Notes: generated by a model from the letters alone, not told the origin. Counted from the stretch's first letter, positions 16,247-24,713 are shown. The stretch: 31,032 bases of DNA from a virus (IMGVR_UViG_3300031553_000024:1-31032); one strand, 5' to 3'. A program made the numbers and translations.

Positions 16247-16919
16247 GCATCCGATAGTGGTCGTGGCGCCGCTCAACTTGGGCATGATTCGCCCCGAGCT
16301 CGCCTATGCTATAGCACACTGGGTGTTGACTGGGGGCGACAGACTTCGAGTGCTCATAGATCCCGATGCCAACAGCAAGCCCACAAGCGACAATCGCAAC
16401 CGAACCTGTTCGCGGTTTTTGGCGCACCCCGACAAGCCCGAGGTATTGTTCATGATAGACGCGGACATTGCGGCGCCGAGCCCGATACCATATGCGCTCA
16501 AGATGTGCGAACAGGATAGGCCCTACGACATCATCGGGATGCTCTGCCCTGCGTGGCAGCCCATAACGTATCCGGATGCGCCGTTGCGGTGGATGGCGTT
16601 CGACCTTTCGCCAGAAGGACGACTCGTGCAGGACAAAGCGAAACTGAATGCCCCCGGGCTATTGCGTTGGGACCTGGTTGGCTCGGGGGCGCTTCTGATC
16701 CATAGACGCGTGTTAGAGGACCCAAGCATGGCGGCGCCTTTTGCAGACCGTTTCGATGGACGGGGATTCAGAGTGAGCGGCCACGATTTTGAGTTTTGCC
16801 GAAGGGCCGGCATGGCCGGATACAAGACCTGGGTGGCAATGGACGCAAGGTGTGGTCATCAGGTGACGGTGGACTTGACGGATGTGGCCCGGGTCTTGGC
16901 GCATGCTGAGCAGCACTAA
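16239..16919 (+). CDS. glycosyltransferase, GT-A-like
   Basis: NRN...FL, FMIDAD, VGSGALLIHRRVLE, GHDFEFCRRA...G, CGH. Confidence 0.8.
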   Translation: MSEHPIVVVAPLNLGMIRPELAYAIAHWVLTGGDRLRVLIDPDANSKPTSDNRNRTCSRFLAHPDKPEVLFMIDADIAAPSPIPYALKMCEQDRPYDIIGMLCPAWQPITYPDAPLRWMAFDLSPEGRLVQDKAKLNAPGLLRWDLVGSGALLIHRRVLEDPSMAAPFADRFDGRGFRVSGHDFEFCRRAGMAGYKTWVAMDARCGHQVTVDLTDVARVLAHAEQH

Positions 16920-16977
16920 TGTCTTGAGAACGCAAGTTTCATTGCCGGTGCTTTGGCAAGATTACTGGTCTGTAGTG

Positions 16978-17006
16978 TTGACATTGGCAAGATAATATGT
17001 TATACT
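16978..17006 (+). promoter_or_regulatory. sigma70-type promoter upstream of the morphogenesis operon
   Basis: TTGACA, 17 bp, TATACT with extended -10 TG; TTGGCAAGAT direct repeat at 16953 and 16984. Confidence 0.8.
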
Positions 17007-17096
17007 GGGGTTGACAATTGGGAAGCTCCAGTGGCGGTTGGGAGGGCGGGCGGAGCGACAATATTGTGATTGTGGCCAATCTGAGGCAGAAGAATT

Positions 17097-17155
17097 GGCG
17101 CGACCATGTGGCTGGGGGAGGTAAGCCCCTGGTGTTATGGTCGCGTTTTGTTTCT
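17097..17155 (+). terminator. intrinsic terminator/attenuator-like hairpin in the late leader
   Basis: GGCGCGACCATG...TATGGTCGCGTT outer stem, inner GCTGGGGG/CCCCTGGT stem, then TTGTTTCT. Confidence 0.55.
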
Positions 17156-17228
17156 GGGGATGGCGAATGATGCGAGAGAGACGGACGCTGAAAGTGGCGG
17201 CGGCCTTACATAAAGTGACTAAGGGCTA

Positions 17229-17570
17229 ATGGGCGAGCGATATACCGCGCGGCAATTTATCGACGTCATCCCCGGCACCGGTGGTATCATCTCGGATATC
17301 GCGCGGCGGGTCGGTTGTCAGTGGCACACGGCTAAACGGTACATTGACGTTCACCCCACCGTGCGTCGGGCTTATGAGGCCGAGCGCGAGAATGTCCTTG
17401 ATCTCGCAGAAACCGAGTTGCACAAAACGATCAAGCAGGGCGAGCCGTGGGCCGTCAAGTTTTATCTGACGACTATTGGCAAGCACCGGGGATACACTGA
17501 GCGCCAGGAGCTTACCGGCGCCGAGGGCGCTCCGCTGACGATTGTATTCAAACGCAAGGCGAGTGAGTAA
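17229..17570 (+). CDS. terminase small subunit-like HTH protein
   Basis: GIISDIARRVGC...LDLAETELHKTIKQGEPWAVKFYL...GK.RGY.ERQELTG..G.PL. Confidence 0.75.
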   Translation: MGERYTARQFIDVIPGTGGIISDIARRVGCQWHTAKRYIDVHPTVRRAYEAERENVLDLAETELHKTIKQGEPWAVKFYLTTIGKHRGYTERQELTGAEGAPLTIVFKRKASE

Positions 17571-17582
17571 AGGGGGGGGCGC

Positions 17583-17984
17583 ATGGCAGAATCTGAATGC
17601 ACTGAGGGGTGGCCCAAGCAAATCGGGGCGGATGGCCAAGAGAAGCTCCTGCTTGCGATTCGTAACGGGGTGTCGCCAGCCGTCGCGGCGCGCACAGTGG
17701 GCATTCCCGAAGAATCGTTTTGGCAATGGTGCAGAAACGCCGCAGAATGGCCCGCAGAATGGCCCTTGGAGTGCCGCCTGTTCTATGTGGACATAGAGAC
17801 GGCTATAGCAGAGGCCAAGGCTGATGCAGAAAAACGGGTGTATAAGCTATCCCCTGTTGCATGGCTGCGCTGGGGGCCAGGTCGCGAAACAACGGCCAGG
17901 GAGGGATGGGGCGAGTTGTATCAGATCGTGGGCGTCTCTGAATTCCTGAGTATTATTCGGAGGGCCGTGAATAAGTGTCAGTAG
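17583..17984 (+). CDS. second terminase small subunit-like HTH protein
   Basis: LL.AIRNG.....AA..VGI....F.QW...IE.A.AEA...AWL; directly upstream of TerL. Confidence 0.6.
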   Translation: MAESECTEGWPKQIGADGQEKLLLAIRNGVSPAVAARTVGIPEESFWQWCRNAAEWPAEWPLECRLFYVDIETAIAEAKADAEKRVYKLSPVAWLRWGPGRETTAREGWGELYQIVGVSEFLSIIRRAVNKCQ

Positions 17985-19174
17985 CAACGGCTGGGTCATC
18001 CGCTGATATAGAGGTATTCGAGAAGCAGGCGGAGTTCCTGGCGGCCCCGGAGCGGTTCACTGGCTTCATCGGTGGGACAGGGTCTGGCAAGACGACCGCC
18101 GGATCCTACAAGGCCCTCATACACGCACAGCCAGGCACTCTCGGACTCATCGCGGCGCCGACCTACCGGATGCTCCAGGACGCGACGCTGCGCAAGTTCC
18201 AAGAGGCATGCGGGCCGTGGATTGTAGACTATGCGCGTGCGGACATGATTGCTCATATGAGCACGGGCGCAGAGATATTGTTCCGGACAGCGGACAATCC
18301 GGATCGCCTACGTGGCGACAATCTCCACTGGGCATGGCTCGACGAGGCTGCGCTTTGTAATGCCCGGGCCTGGGATGTGCTCATTGCCCGGTTACGCGCC
18401 GATGGCAAGGCCGGGGATTGTTGGATCACGACGACGCCGAGGGGCCGCAACTGGGTATACGAACGACGGGGCGAAATGCGTACGTGGCGGGTACGTACGC
18501 GCGACAATCCCTATCTAAACGAGGAGTTTGTGGGCTCCTTGGAGGCAGCCTACACGGGCCTCTTCGCGCAACAGGAGTTAGAGGGCAAGTTTGTCGCATT
18601 CGAGGGGTTAGTGTATGATGAGTTTGATAGAGCCATTCACGTGGTCGAGCAGCACGGTGAAAGCCCCGTGGTACGCTATGTCGCCGGCGTTGACGAGGGA
18701 TATACCAATCCCGGCGTCGTACTGGTCGGAGCCCTCGACAATGACGGACGGATCCACATCGTCGAAGAATTCTACGAGCGGCGAGTCCTGCAACCACGGT
18801 TTGTTGAGGTCTGCGCTGATATTAGCCGGCGCTACAATGCTCCTGAGTTTTTTGTTGATCCGTCAGCAGCGGGATTGATAGCGGCCATGCGGGTGGCGGA
18901 GCTGCGCGTGATCCCGGCGGATAACCGGGTGAATGATGGGATCCAAGAAGTCAAGTCGCGGTTGGCAATCGCTGGGGACGGGATGCCGCGACTGACATTC
19001 GCCCCCACGTGTGTAAACGGCATATCCGAGATGGAGTCGTATCCCTGGGCGCAAGATCGCCAGGGGCGGGCTCTTGATAGGCCGGTAAAGCAAAATGATC
19101 ACTTTGCAGACTCGTTACGTTATGTGTGCCTGGGGATCCGTGAGACGCAGGGGTTTGCCTATGCAGCCATATAA
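17975..19174 (+). CDS. terL: terminase large subunit
   Basis: Walker A GGTGSGKT, Walker B WLDEAA, TTTP.G.NW, nuclease GVDEG and DHFADSLRY. Confidence 0.95.
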   Translation: MSVATAGSSADIEVFEKQAEFLAAPERFTGFIGGTGSGKTTAGSYKALIHAQPGTLGLIAAPTYRMLQDATLRKFQEACGPWIVDYARADMIAHMSTGAEILFRTADNPDRLRGDNLHWAWLDEAALCNARAWDVLIARLRADGKAGDCWITTTPRGRNWVYERRGEMRTWRVRTRDNPYLNEEFVGSLEAAYTGLFAQQELEGKFVAFEGLVYDEFDRAIHVVEQHGESPVVRYVAGVDEGYTNPGVVLVGALDNDGRIHIVEEFYERRVLQPRFVEVCADISRRYNAPEFFVDPSAAGLIAAMRVAELRVIPADNRVNDGIQEVKSRLAIAGDGMPRLTFAPTCVNGISEMESYPWAQDRQGRALDRPVKQNDHFADSLRYVCLGIRETQGFAYAAI

Positions 19175-20992
19175 GTGCCAGGGAGCCTCGCAGTGACCAT
19201 CAAGCCGAACCTGTTGGGGCGCGTCTTGCGTTATGCCATTGACGGCGTACGTTATGGGGCCCGAGAGAACGACAAGACGAATACGTCGGCGGCGGGGATG
19301 TACGGCCTGCCATTGCAGGCGCATAGCAAGGCGTCGCGTTGGCAATCGGATGCCGTTGACACTGATGCGGCATATCGCAATGCTGTCTGTGCATCCTGGG
19401 TCTATGCCGATCTGATGCTCATCTCGCGGCGAATCGCTTCTGCCAAATGGGAGGTGAAGGACCGCCAGGGCGAGGAGCTGATTGATCTGGGGAACCATCC
19501 CTTTGAGCGGCTCTGGGCCAGGCCGGGCGGGACATTTACGGGTGGGCTGCTCGCTCAATATCTCACGTGGTGGTACTTGCTTCGCGGGGAGGCCTTCCTA
19601 TTCGTGAGCTCGGATGCTCCTGGTCGCGGTGAGCCCAGGGAGCTATGGCCCCTGGTCGCTAGTGCCTGCAAGCCCAATGTCGAGACCTTGCGCAAGAGTG
19701 CCCTGACGGGCATGCCGATTGTGGACTACGCCTACAATGTGGGCAATGAGTCGTTCCTCCTCCCCGGCGAGAACGTCGTGCATTTTCGCACGCCGAACCC
19801 ATTCGATTATTGGCGGGGGCTCTCACCCCTGAGCGCGGCAATGGACGGCATCACCCTCGATTTGGGCGCGCGTCGGTGGCAAAGAGACTTTTATCGAAAC
19901 GATAATGCTATCCCCGCCGCCGTGGTGAGCTTACCGGAAAACATGCTGCCAGTGGACTTTGATCGCATTACGGCGCACATCCAACAAGACATTCAGAATG
20001 GCAAACGCCTGTTCTTTACGCGGGCGGGCGGTCTTTCCGTAGATGTGATCCAACAGGCCATGGCGGATATGCAGTTTGTCGAAAGCCGTGCCTTTACCAA
20101 GGGAGAAATTGATAAGATATACGGCGTTCCGACCGGCCTCCTGGACGGGGGCAATTCCGGTGATGCCCAGCAGGCCATAGAAATCACTTTCGGGCGTAAC
20201 ACGGTCCAGCCGATGCTCGATTATTTCGCAGATGAGCTGACCGCCAAGGTCGGGCCATTCTACGGCGAGGGGATCGTTATCGCCGCGCCTTCCGTGGTCC
20301 CGCAAGACCGGTCACTTGAGATAGCGGAATATCAAGCATACAGCAGGGACCGGACGCTGAACGAGAATCGGGCCGAGCGGAGCCTGGCCCCGATAATGGG
20401 GTTCCCAGCCCAGATTGGCGACCTGGACATCACAGATGTCCCCGTCCGGCTTTTGGAACTTTTGCCGCCAGGCTCGCTTGTGTCCACCATGGCAGGGGCA
20501 GCAACGCCAGCAGTGACAACGCCACAGGCGAACACCCCGGCCGTCGGAGATGACGTACCTATAGCGAGCTTGCCCCAACTTGAGGCGCCGTCCGCGGTTA
20601 CCGCCTCTACACTGGCCGAAAAGGCGGCTCAGCTTGGTATAGCGACTGAACTCAAGCGCTGGGAGCATGTGGCGGCTAAGGAGATCAAAGAGGGGCGCGC
20701 GCCTGGGGAACGCGCCTTTGAGAGTGATGTGCTCCCGTCGGGCCTGAAGGAAGGGATTATGCAAGCCCTCACTTTGGCGGACACAGAGGCAGATGTGCGC
20801 GCGGCTTTCCAGTCGCCCTTTTTTCGCCAAAGCCGTCCGAGAGACGGCGAGCGGGGAAAAAGACCCGAACGCGGACGCGAAGGATCAAGACGAGACGAAA
20901 CTGGAACGGACTCTGCGGCTGTCGTTGGGCCAACAACTGCGTCGGGTTCTAGCACTCCTGGGATGGCCCCCGGACATAGCGGGGCTCAGTGA
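19175..20992 (+). CDS. portal protein (start may be GTG 19193)
   Basis: HPFERL..RP, LRGEAF, VVHFR.PNP.D..RGLSPL, F..NTVQP; follows TerL. Confidence 0.92.
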   Translation: MPGSLAVTIKPNLLGRVLRYAIDGVRYGARENDKTNTSAAGMYGLPLQAHSKASRWQSDAVDTDAAYRNAVCASWVYADLMLISRRIASAKWEVKDRQGEELIDLGNHPFERLWARPGGTFTGGLLAQYLTWWYLLRGEAFLFVSSDAPGRGEPRELWPLVASACKPNVETLRKSALTGMPIVDYAYNVGNESFLLPGENVVHFRTPNPFDYWRGLSPLSAAMDGITLDLGARRWQRDFYRNDNAIPAAVVSLPENMLPVDFDRITAHIQQDIQNGKRLFFTRAGGLSVDVIQQAMADMQFVESRAFTKGEIDKIYGVPTGLLDGGNSGDAQQAIEITFGRNTVQPMLDYFADELTAKVGPFYGEGIVIAAPSVVPQDRSLEIAEYQAYSRDRTLNENRAERSLAPIMGFPAQIGDLDITDVPVRLLELLPPGSLVSTMAGAATPAVTTPQANTPAVGDDVPIASLPQLEAPSAVTASTLAEKAAQLGIATELKRWEHVAAKEIKEGRAPGERAFESDVLPSGLKEGIMQALTLADTEADVRAAFQSPFFRQSRPRDGERGKRPERGREGSRRDETGTDSAAVVGPTTASGSSTPGMAPGHSGAQ

Positions 20993-22535
20993 TGCCATCT
21001 TCTGGTCGGCGGAATTGCAAGAGGTCGTGCGGATACTCCGGCCCGAGTTGGAGCGTATGGCCTTGGTAGCGGCGGCGACAACCTATGCAGCCCTGCCCGT
21101 GGGCGTGGACTGGGCGCTAGTGGCTCTCGATGCAGCAGAATGGGCGACGACCTATAGCTATGATCTAGTGACGGGCTTGAACGAATATAGTCAGAAGGTT
21201 TTGCGCCAGAAGGTGCCACAGTTCATAGACACGCCGGGGCAGACGATTGGCGACCTCCGACGCGAGCTAACGCCGACGTTCGGCCCGCAACGCGCCGAGA
21301 GTATCGCGGTGACCGAGGTTACCCGAGCATATGGTGAGGGCGAGCGCATGATGGCAGCGCGGGCCCAGGAGGCGGGATTAGAACTCACGGCCTACTGGCA
21401 GACAGTGAAAGACGAAAAGGTGTGTCCTCTCTGTGCCCCCCTGGATGGGCAGCCGCAAAACAGGTGGGCTGAACTCTCGCCAGGCGCGGACTGGGTGCCT
21501 CGGCATCCAGGATGCATTCTACCCGGGAATATAGTCATAGTGCCCGGGGGCGCGGAAGCGGCAGTGCAATCGTTCTATGTCGGCGGGGCGGTTGAGATGC
21601 GTCTTGAGAACGGGAGCAGGCTCACCGTTACCAAGAATCACCCGATATTGACGGGGCGTGGCTGGGTTGCGGCTGATGTCCTTCGCGAGGGCGATTATAT
21701 ATTCTACGGCGGCAGCGCCCAAGGGATAATGTTTCCCGTCGACCCAAACGACCAAGAGGTGCCAGCCGCTGTTGAGGATATATATCGTACGCTCAAAGAA
21801 TCGGCTGCGATGGCGACCAAACGCATGCCACTTGCCACCGAAGACCTCCACGGCGAGGGCGCTTGCATCGAGGGCGATGTCAATATTGTATATCCCAAGA
21901 GCATATTGTGCGATGGGGATAAGCCCGTGGGCAGCCAGCCCGGTGGCCAGCGTGCGCTCTACAGGGCTAATGGTCAACAGCCGGCTCTGGCGGGTTTGGG
22001 CCTGATGGCGCCGTTCCTCCCACGACGGGATGCGCCCGACATTGGCGGCATGGGCGGCTCTAACCTGGGCCTCTCGCTGAAGAGCAGACATCCGGTCCCA
22101 TTTGAGGTGTCCGGCCAGGCTGCGGCCGCGAGGAGTAATATCCGCCTTCAACAAGCGACGGCGGAAAGTCGAGCGATTGGCCCCGGCCTCATGCGCGAGG
22201 GCATTCTCAGACTCTCCGGCCAAATAGCGGGCCAACAACAAGTCGAGCCCAGGAATAGCGATCCGGTCGCGCTGTTGGCCTCCCGTCGGCAGCCGTGGCA
22301 ATCCCGCGCGACGGAAGCGCCCGAGGATCGTATTGGCATGACAGCCATACTCCAGGGCCAGCTGACTGGCAGTCTCGCCGGCCATATAGCGCCGATGCAA
22401 ATCGTAGATGTTCGGCATTTCGACTATTCGGGACATGTCTATGACCTCCAAGCTGGTGTGGGAGGGATATACATGGCATCTGGGGTGATTGTCAAAAACT
22501 GCAGATGCTTCATTGTCCACAGATGGAAGGCATAG
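20793..22535 (+). CDS. MuF (SPP1 gp7-like) minor head protein, intein-containing
   Basis: RAESIAVTEVTRAY, W.T..DEKVCPLCAPLDG; the P.HPG|CRC motif is split by the intein. Confidence 0.88.
   Translation: MCARLSSRPFFAKAVRETASGEKDPNADAKDQDETKLERTLRLSLGQQLRRVLALLGWPPDIAGLSDAIFWSAELQEVVRILRPELERMALVAAATTYAALPVGVDWALVALDAAEWATTYSYDLVTGLNEYSQKVLRQKVPQFIDTPGQTIGDLRRELTPTFGPQRAESIAVTEVTRAYGEGERMMAARAQEAGLELTAYWQTVKDEKVCPLCAPLDGQPQNRWAELSPGADWVPRHPGCILPGNIVIVPGGAEAAVQSFYVGGAVEMRLENGSRLTVTKNHPILTGRGWVAADVLREGDYIFYGGSAQGIMFPVDPNDQEVPAAVEDIYRTLKESAAMATKRMPLATEDLHGEGACIEGDVNIVYPKSILCDGDKPVGSQPGGQRALYRANGQQPALAGLGLMAPFLPRRDAPDIGGMGGSNLGLSLKSRHPVPFEVSGQAAAARSNIRLQQATAESRAIGPGLMREGILRLSGQIAGQQQVEPRNSDPVALLASRRQPWQSRATEAPEDRIGMTAILQGQLTGSLAGHIAPMQIVDVRHFDYSGHVYDLQAGVGGIYMASGVIVKNCRCFIVHRWKA
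21513..22499 (+). mobile_element. intein (329 aa) in MuF
   Basis: N-terminus CILPGNIV; block B LTVTKNHPILT..GWV.A..L..GD; block F VYDL; C-terminus GVIVKN followed by a Cys +1 extein. Confidence 0.9.
21519..22436 (-). CDS. antisense endonuclease: tandem HTH plus DUF559/Vsr-like PD-(D/E)XK domain (305 aa)
   Basis: GGAGG 8 nt before ATG 22436; two HTH repeats; SPVE..L...QY..G.Y.IDIA....LAVEV.G..WH...GW..L.VW. Confidence 0.8.
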   Translation of the reverse strand: MSRIVEMPNIYDLHRRYMAGETASQLALEYGCHANTILGRFRRAGLPRLPTGGQQRDRIAIPGLDLLLARYLAGESENALAHEAGANRSTFRRRLLKADITPRGRSLAGHLKWDRMSALQREAQVRAAHAANVGRIPSWEERRHQAQTRQSRLLTISPVERTLATGLAAHGLIPIAQYALGIYNIDIALDASALAVEVFGGKWHAFGRHRSRFFERTIYILNSGWHLLVVWVDGKHYPLGAAAVEYIIALAKDISRNPATPRQYRVILGNGEPAPVLKTHLNRPADIERLHCRFRAPGHYDYIPG

Positions 22536-22538
22536 GCT

Positions 22539-23021
22539 GTGTCTTATCACATTGAGGTAAGGGGTCTTGGGCTCTTAGATCGGGTGCTGGGCGAATTGGC
22601 AAGCGCGTCCTTTCTGCGTCCGGCTCTGCTGGCCATAGCGTCCGACCTCAAGGCTCGCGTGGCCCCCTATCCCCCGGCAACAGGGGCGAATCGCGCCAGG
22701 GCGTGGCGTTCGGGGGCAAATAATACCTGGTATGAGAGACATTATGGGCCTCGGTGGGCGCGCAAAGACGGGAGCGTCGGCGGGCGACAGACATCCCAAG
22801 CGCTCGGCCAGCGATGGACATATCGCGTGGAGCCGCGCAAGGCCATCATTGGCAATAATGCAACGTATGCGCCCTACGTTCAAGACGAAACGAAGCAGGC
22901 GGGATTCCACAAGGCCCGCGGTTGGCGTACGGCCCAAGGCGTCATACGCGAAGCGCTCCCGAGCATTCAGGCGGGGCTGGAGAACTATGTGCGGGATATT
23001 CTAAGGAGACACGGGGCATGA
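22539..23021 (+). CDS. virion morphogenesis / HK97 gp10-like protein
   Basis: IIGNNATYAPYVQ...Q...H..RGW.T; follows MuF. Confidence 0.65.
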   Translation: MSYHIEVRGLGLLDRVLGELASASFLRPALLAIASDLKARVAPYPPATGANRARAWRSGANNTWYERHYGPRWARKDGSVGGRQTSQALGQRWTYRVEPRKAIIGNNATYAPYVQDETKQAGFHKARGWRTAQGVIREALPSIQAGLENYVRDILRRHGA

Positions 23022-23311
23022 AACCAGCGGGAAGACCGATCAAGTGTGCTCATTGTGCGCATAGCTGGGCGTATGTTCGCGATGATGCGCTATATGTTTA
23101 TCAGCGGCACAACGGCGAGACGCACGAAAATCGGATCACTATCCCAGAACTAGAGGCGCTTTTTGTGGAACGATATGTTTGGTATACCATAGGACTGGAT
23201 ATATACCACAACTGTCGGCCGTTTGCCGAGCGCCGCCCGGCCACAAGCATTTCGCGCGGGAAGTGGCAATGCGTCCATTGTGGCGCGATATGGGATGTGT
23301 TCCCACAATGA
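23018..23311 (+). CDS. zinc-ribbon hypothetical protein
   Basis: CAHC, HNC and CVHC; ATGA-coupled. Confidence 0.55.
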   Translation: MKPAGRPIKCAHCAHSWAYVRDDALYVYQRHNGETHENRITIPELEALFVERYVWYTIGLDIYHNCRPFAERRPATSISRGKWQCVHCGAIWDVFPQ

Positions 23312-23559
23312 GTCTATATAATGATCTGATGGAGATGCTGGCGAGGGATCGACGGCGGCATAATTGGGAATGGGTAATGCCCCTCACGCAATGGGAACTA
23401 TTACGGAACGCGCGATTCAGCGACGATGCCCCGGCGCCCTGGACCGGGGCGAAGGTAATTCAACCAAGTGTAACGGCAGCGGCCGGTACCATCTTGGGCC
23501 ACGCGGTCATCATAGATAATAATGCCGCGTGGCTTGGGTTGGTGTTGAGGCCGGGCTAA
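23308..23559 (+). CDS. hypothetical protein
   Basis: ATGA-coupled ORF. Confidence 0.5.
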   Translation: MSLYNDLMEMLARDRRRHNWEWVMPLTQWELLRNARFSDDAPAPWTGAKVIQPSVTAAAGTILGHAVIIDNNAAWLGLVLRPG

Positions 23560-23591
23560 AGCATAGGCTGCATCCGCACAATTGAATATCT

Positions 23592-23652
23592 GAGCGCCTG
23601 CGAGCGCCTGCTATAGGAGCGCCTTTGAGCGCCTCTGGTGGGCGCTTTTGTT
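23592..23652 (+). repeat. 4x GAGCGCCT direct repeats plus a complementary GGGCGCTT and T-rich tail
   Basis: Copies at 23592, 23602, 23617, 23627; complement at 23640-23647; just before the protease RBS. Confidence 0.85.
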
Positions 23653-23668
23653 ATGTCGGAGGTGAGCG

Positions 23669-24697
23669 ATGCCATATCAGGCCATCAAAGAGCATGATGA
23701 GTTCTGTGTCTACAAAATCGGGCCGGACGGAGAGCCGACAGGCGAGACGCTGGGTTGCCATGATTCACGCGCCGAGGCGGACAAACAGATGGCGGCGCTA
23801 TATGCGAATGAGCCCGAGGCCGCCCTGGAAACCAAGGCCGCGTGGTCTGTGGCCACAATCAATCAGCTCCCCGATTCGGCCTTCCTCTGGATCGAACCGG
23901 GCGGGGAAAAAGATGATGAGGGCAAGACCACGTCGCGGGCATTGCGTCACTTCCCATATCGCAACGAAGCTGGAGATATAGACCTGCCACACTTGCGCAA
24001 TGCGCTGGGGCGGATCCCTCAGAGCCAGGCCCCGGCAGACGTAAAGGCCCGGGTGACTCGCAAGGCCCAGGCCCTGCTGGAAGAGGCGACACAAAAGAAG
24101 GATGCGCCCTCGTGGGACGTGCGTCTCACCGTAAAGGCGCTGGGCGAGCAACGCGTCGGCGGCTATCTCGCTCTTTGGGGAGGCCCCGAGGAGAAGGACC
24201 TCACTGGGGAATGGTTCACGCCGCAGACGGCGGGACTGACGCGCATATATGACGCGGTGGGCAAGCTGCCAATGCTGTATGCGCACGGGAAGGACGCTCC
24301 GGGGTTTGAGCTGGTTGGGGCCTATGATGTCCTATTGCCAGACGCCACTGGGCTTTGGGCTGAGGGCCAACTCGACAAGGCTAACCGATACTATCAGGCG
24401 GTCCAGGACCTCATACGAATAGGCGTGCTAGGCCAATCATCTCAGACGTTGGCGAGCGCCAGGCAGGTGGCGGCCGACGGCGAAATCAAACAGTGGGTGA
24501 TCGCCGAGGGCAGCCTGACCCCGTCGCCCGCGGACGCGCGAATGATAGACCGGCCTGTTGAGGAGCTGAAAGCAGTTTACAAGGCGCTGAATATCGCGTT
24601 CCCAAATGACGAAGGCCCAGAACCAGAAGGCGATGAGGAATCGCGGCGACGGGCATTGGCATTGGAGCGGGAACGCATTGTGTTATTGGATTTATAA
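23669..24697 (+). CDS. prohead (capsid maturation) protease with N-terminal extra domains
   Basis: GYLALWG...DL.GEWFT, MLYAHG, D..GLWAEG.L, GQSS, EGSLTP.PA; N-terminal INQLPDSAF...RHFPY...HLRNAL.R; precedes capsid. Confidence 0.8.
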   Translation: MPYQAIKEHDEFCVYKIGPDGEPTGETLGCHDSRAEADKQMAALYANEPEAALETKAAWSVATINQLPDSAFLWIEPGGEKDDEGKTTSRALRHFPYRNEAGDIDLPHLRNALGRIPQSQAPADVKARVTRKAQALLEEATQKKDAPSWDVRLTVKALGEQRVGGYLALWGGPEEKDLTGEWFTPQTAGLTRIYDAVGKLPMLYAHGKDAPGFELVGAYDVLLPDATGLWAEGQLDKANRYYQAVQDLIRIGVLGQSSQTLASARQVAADGEIKQWVIAEGSLTPSPADARMIDRPVEELKAVYKALNIAFPNDEGPEPEGDEESRRRALALERERIVLLDL

Positions 24698-24713
24698 CCA
24701 CAGGAGAAAAGAC

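Noticed and set aside
17011-17040. Second TTGACA promoter
   Set aside because: No -10 element at a suitable spacing.
23597-23605. CCTGCGAGC match to part of the concatenated NN string of array unit 1
   Set aside because: Only 9 nt in GC-rich DNA; expected by chance; not claimed as a target.
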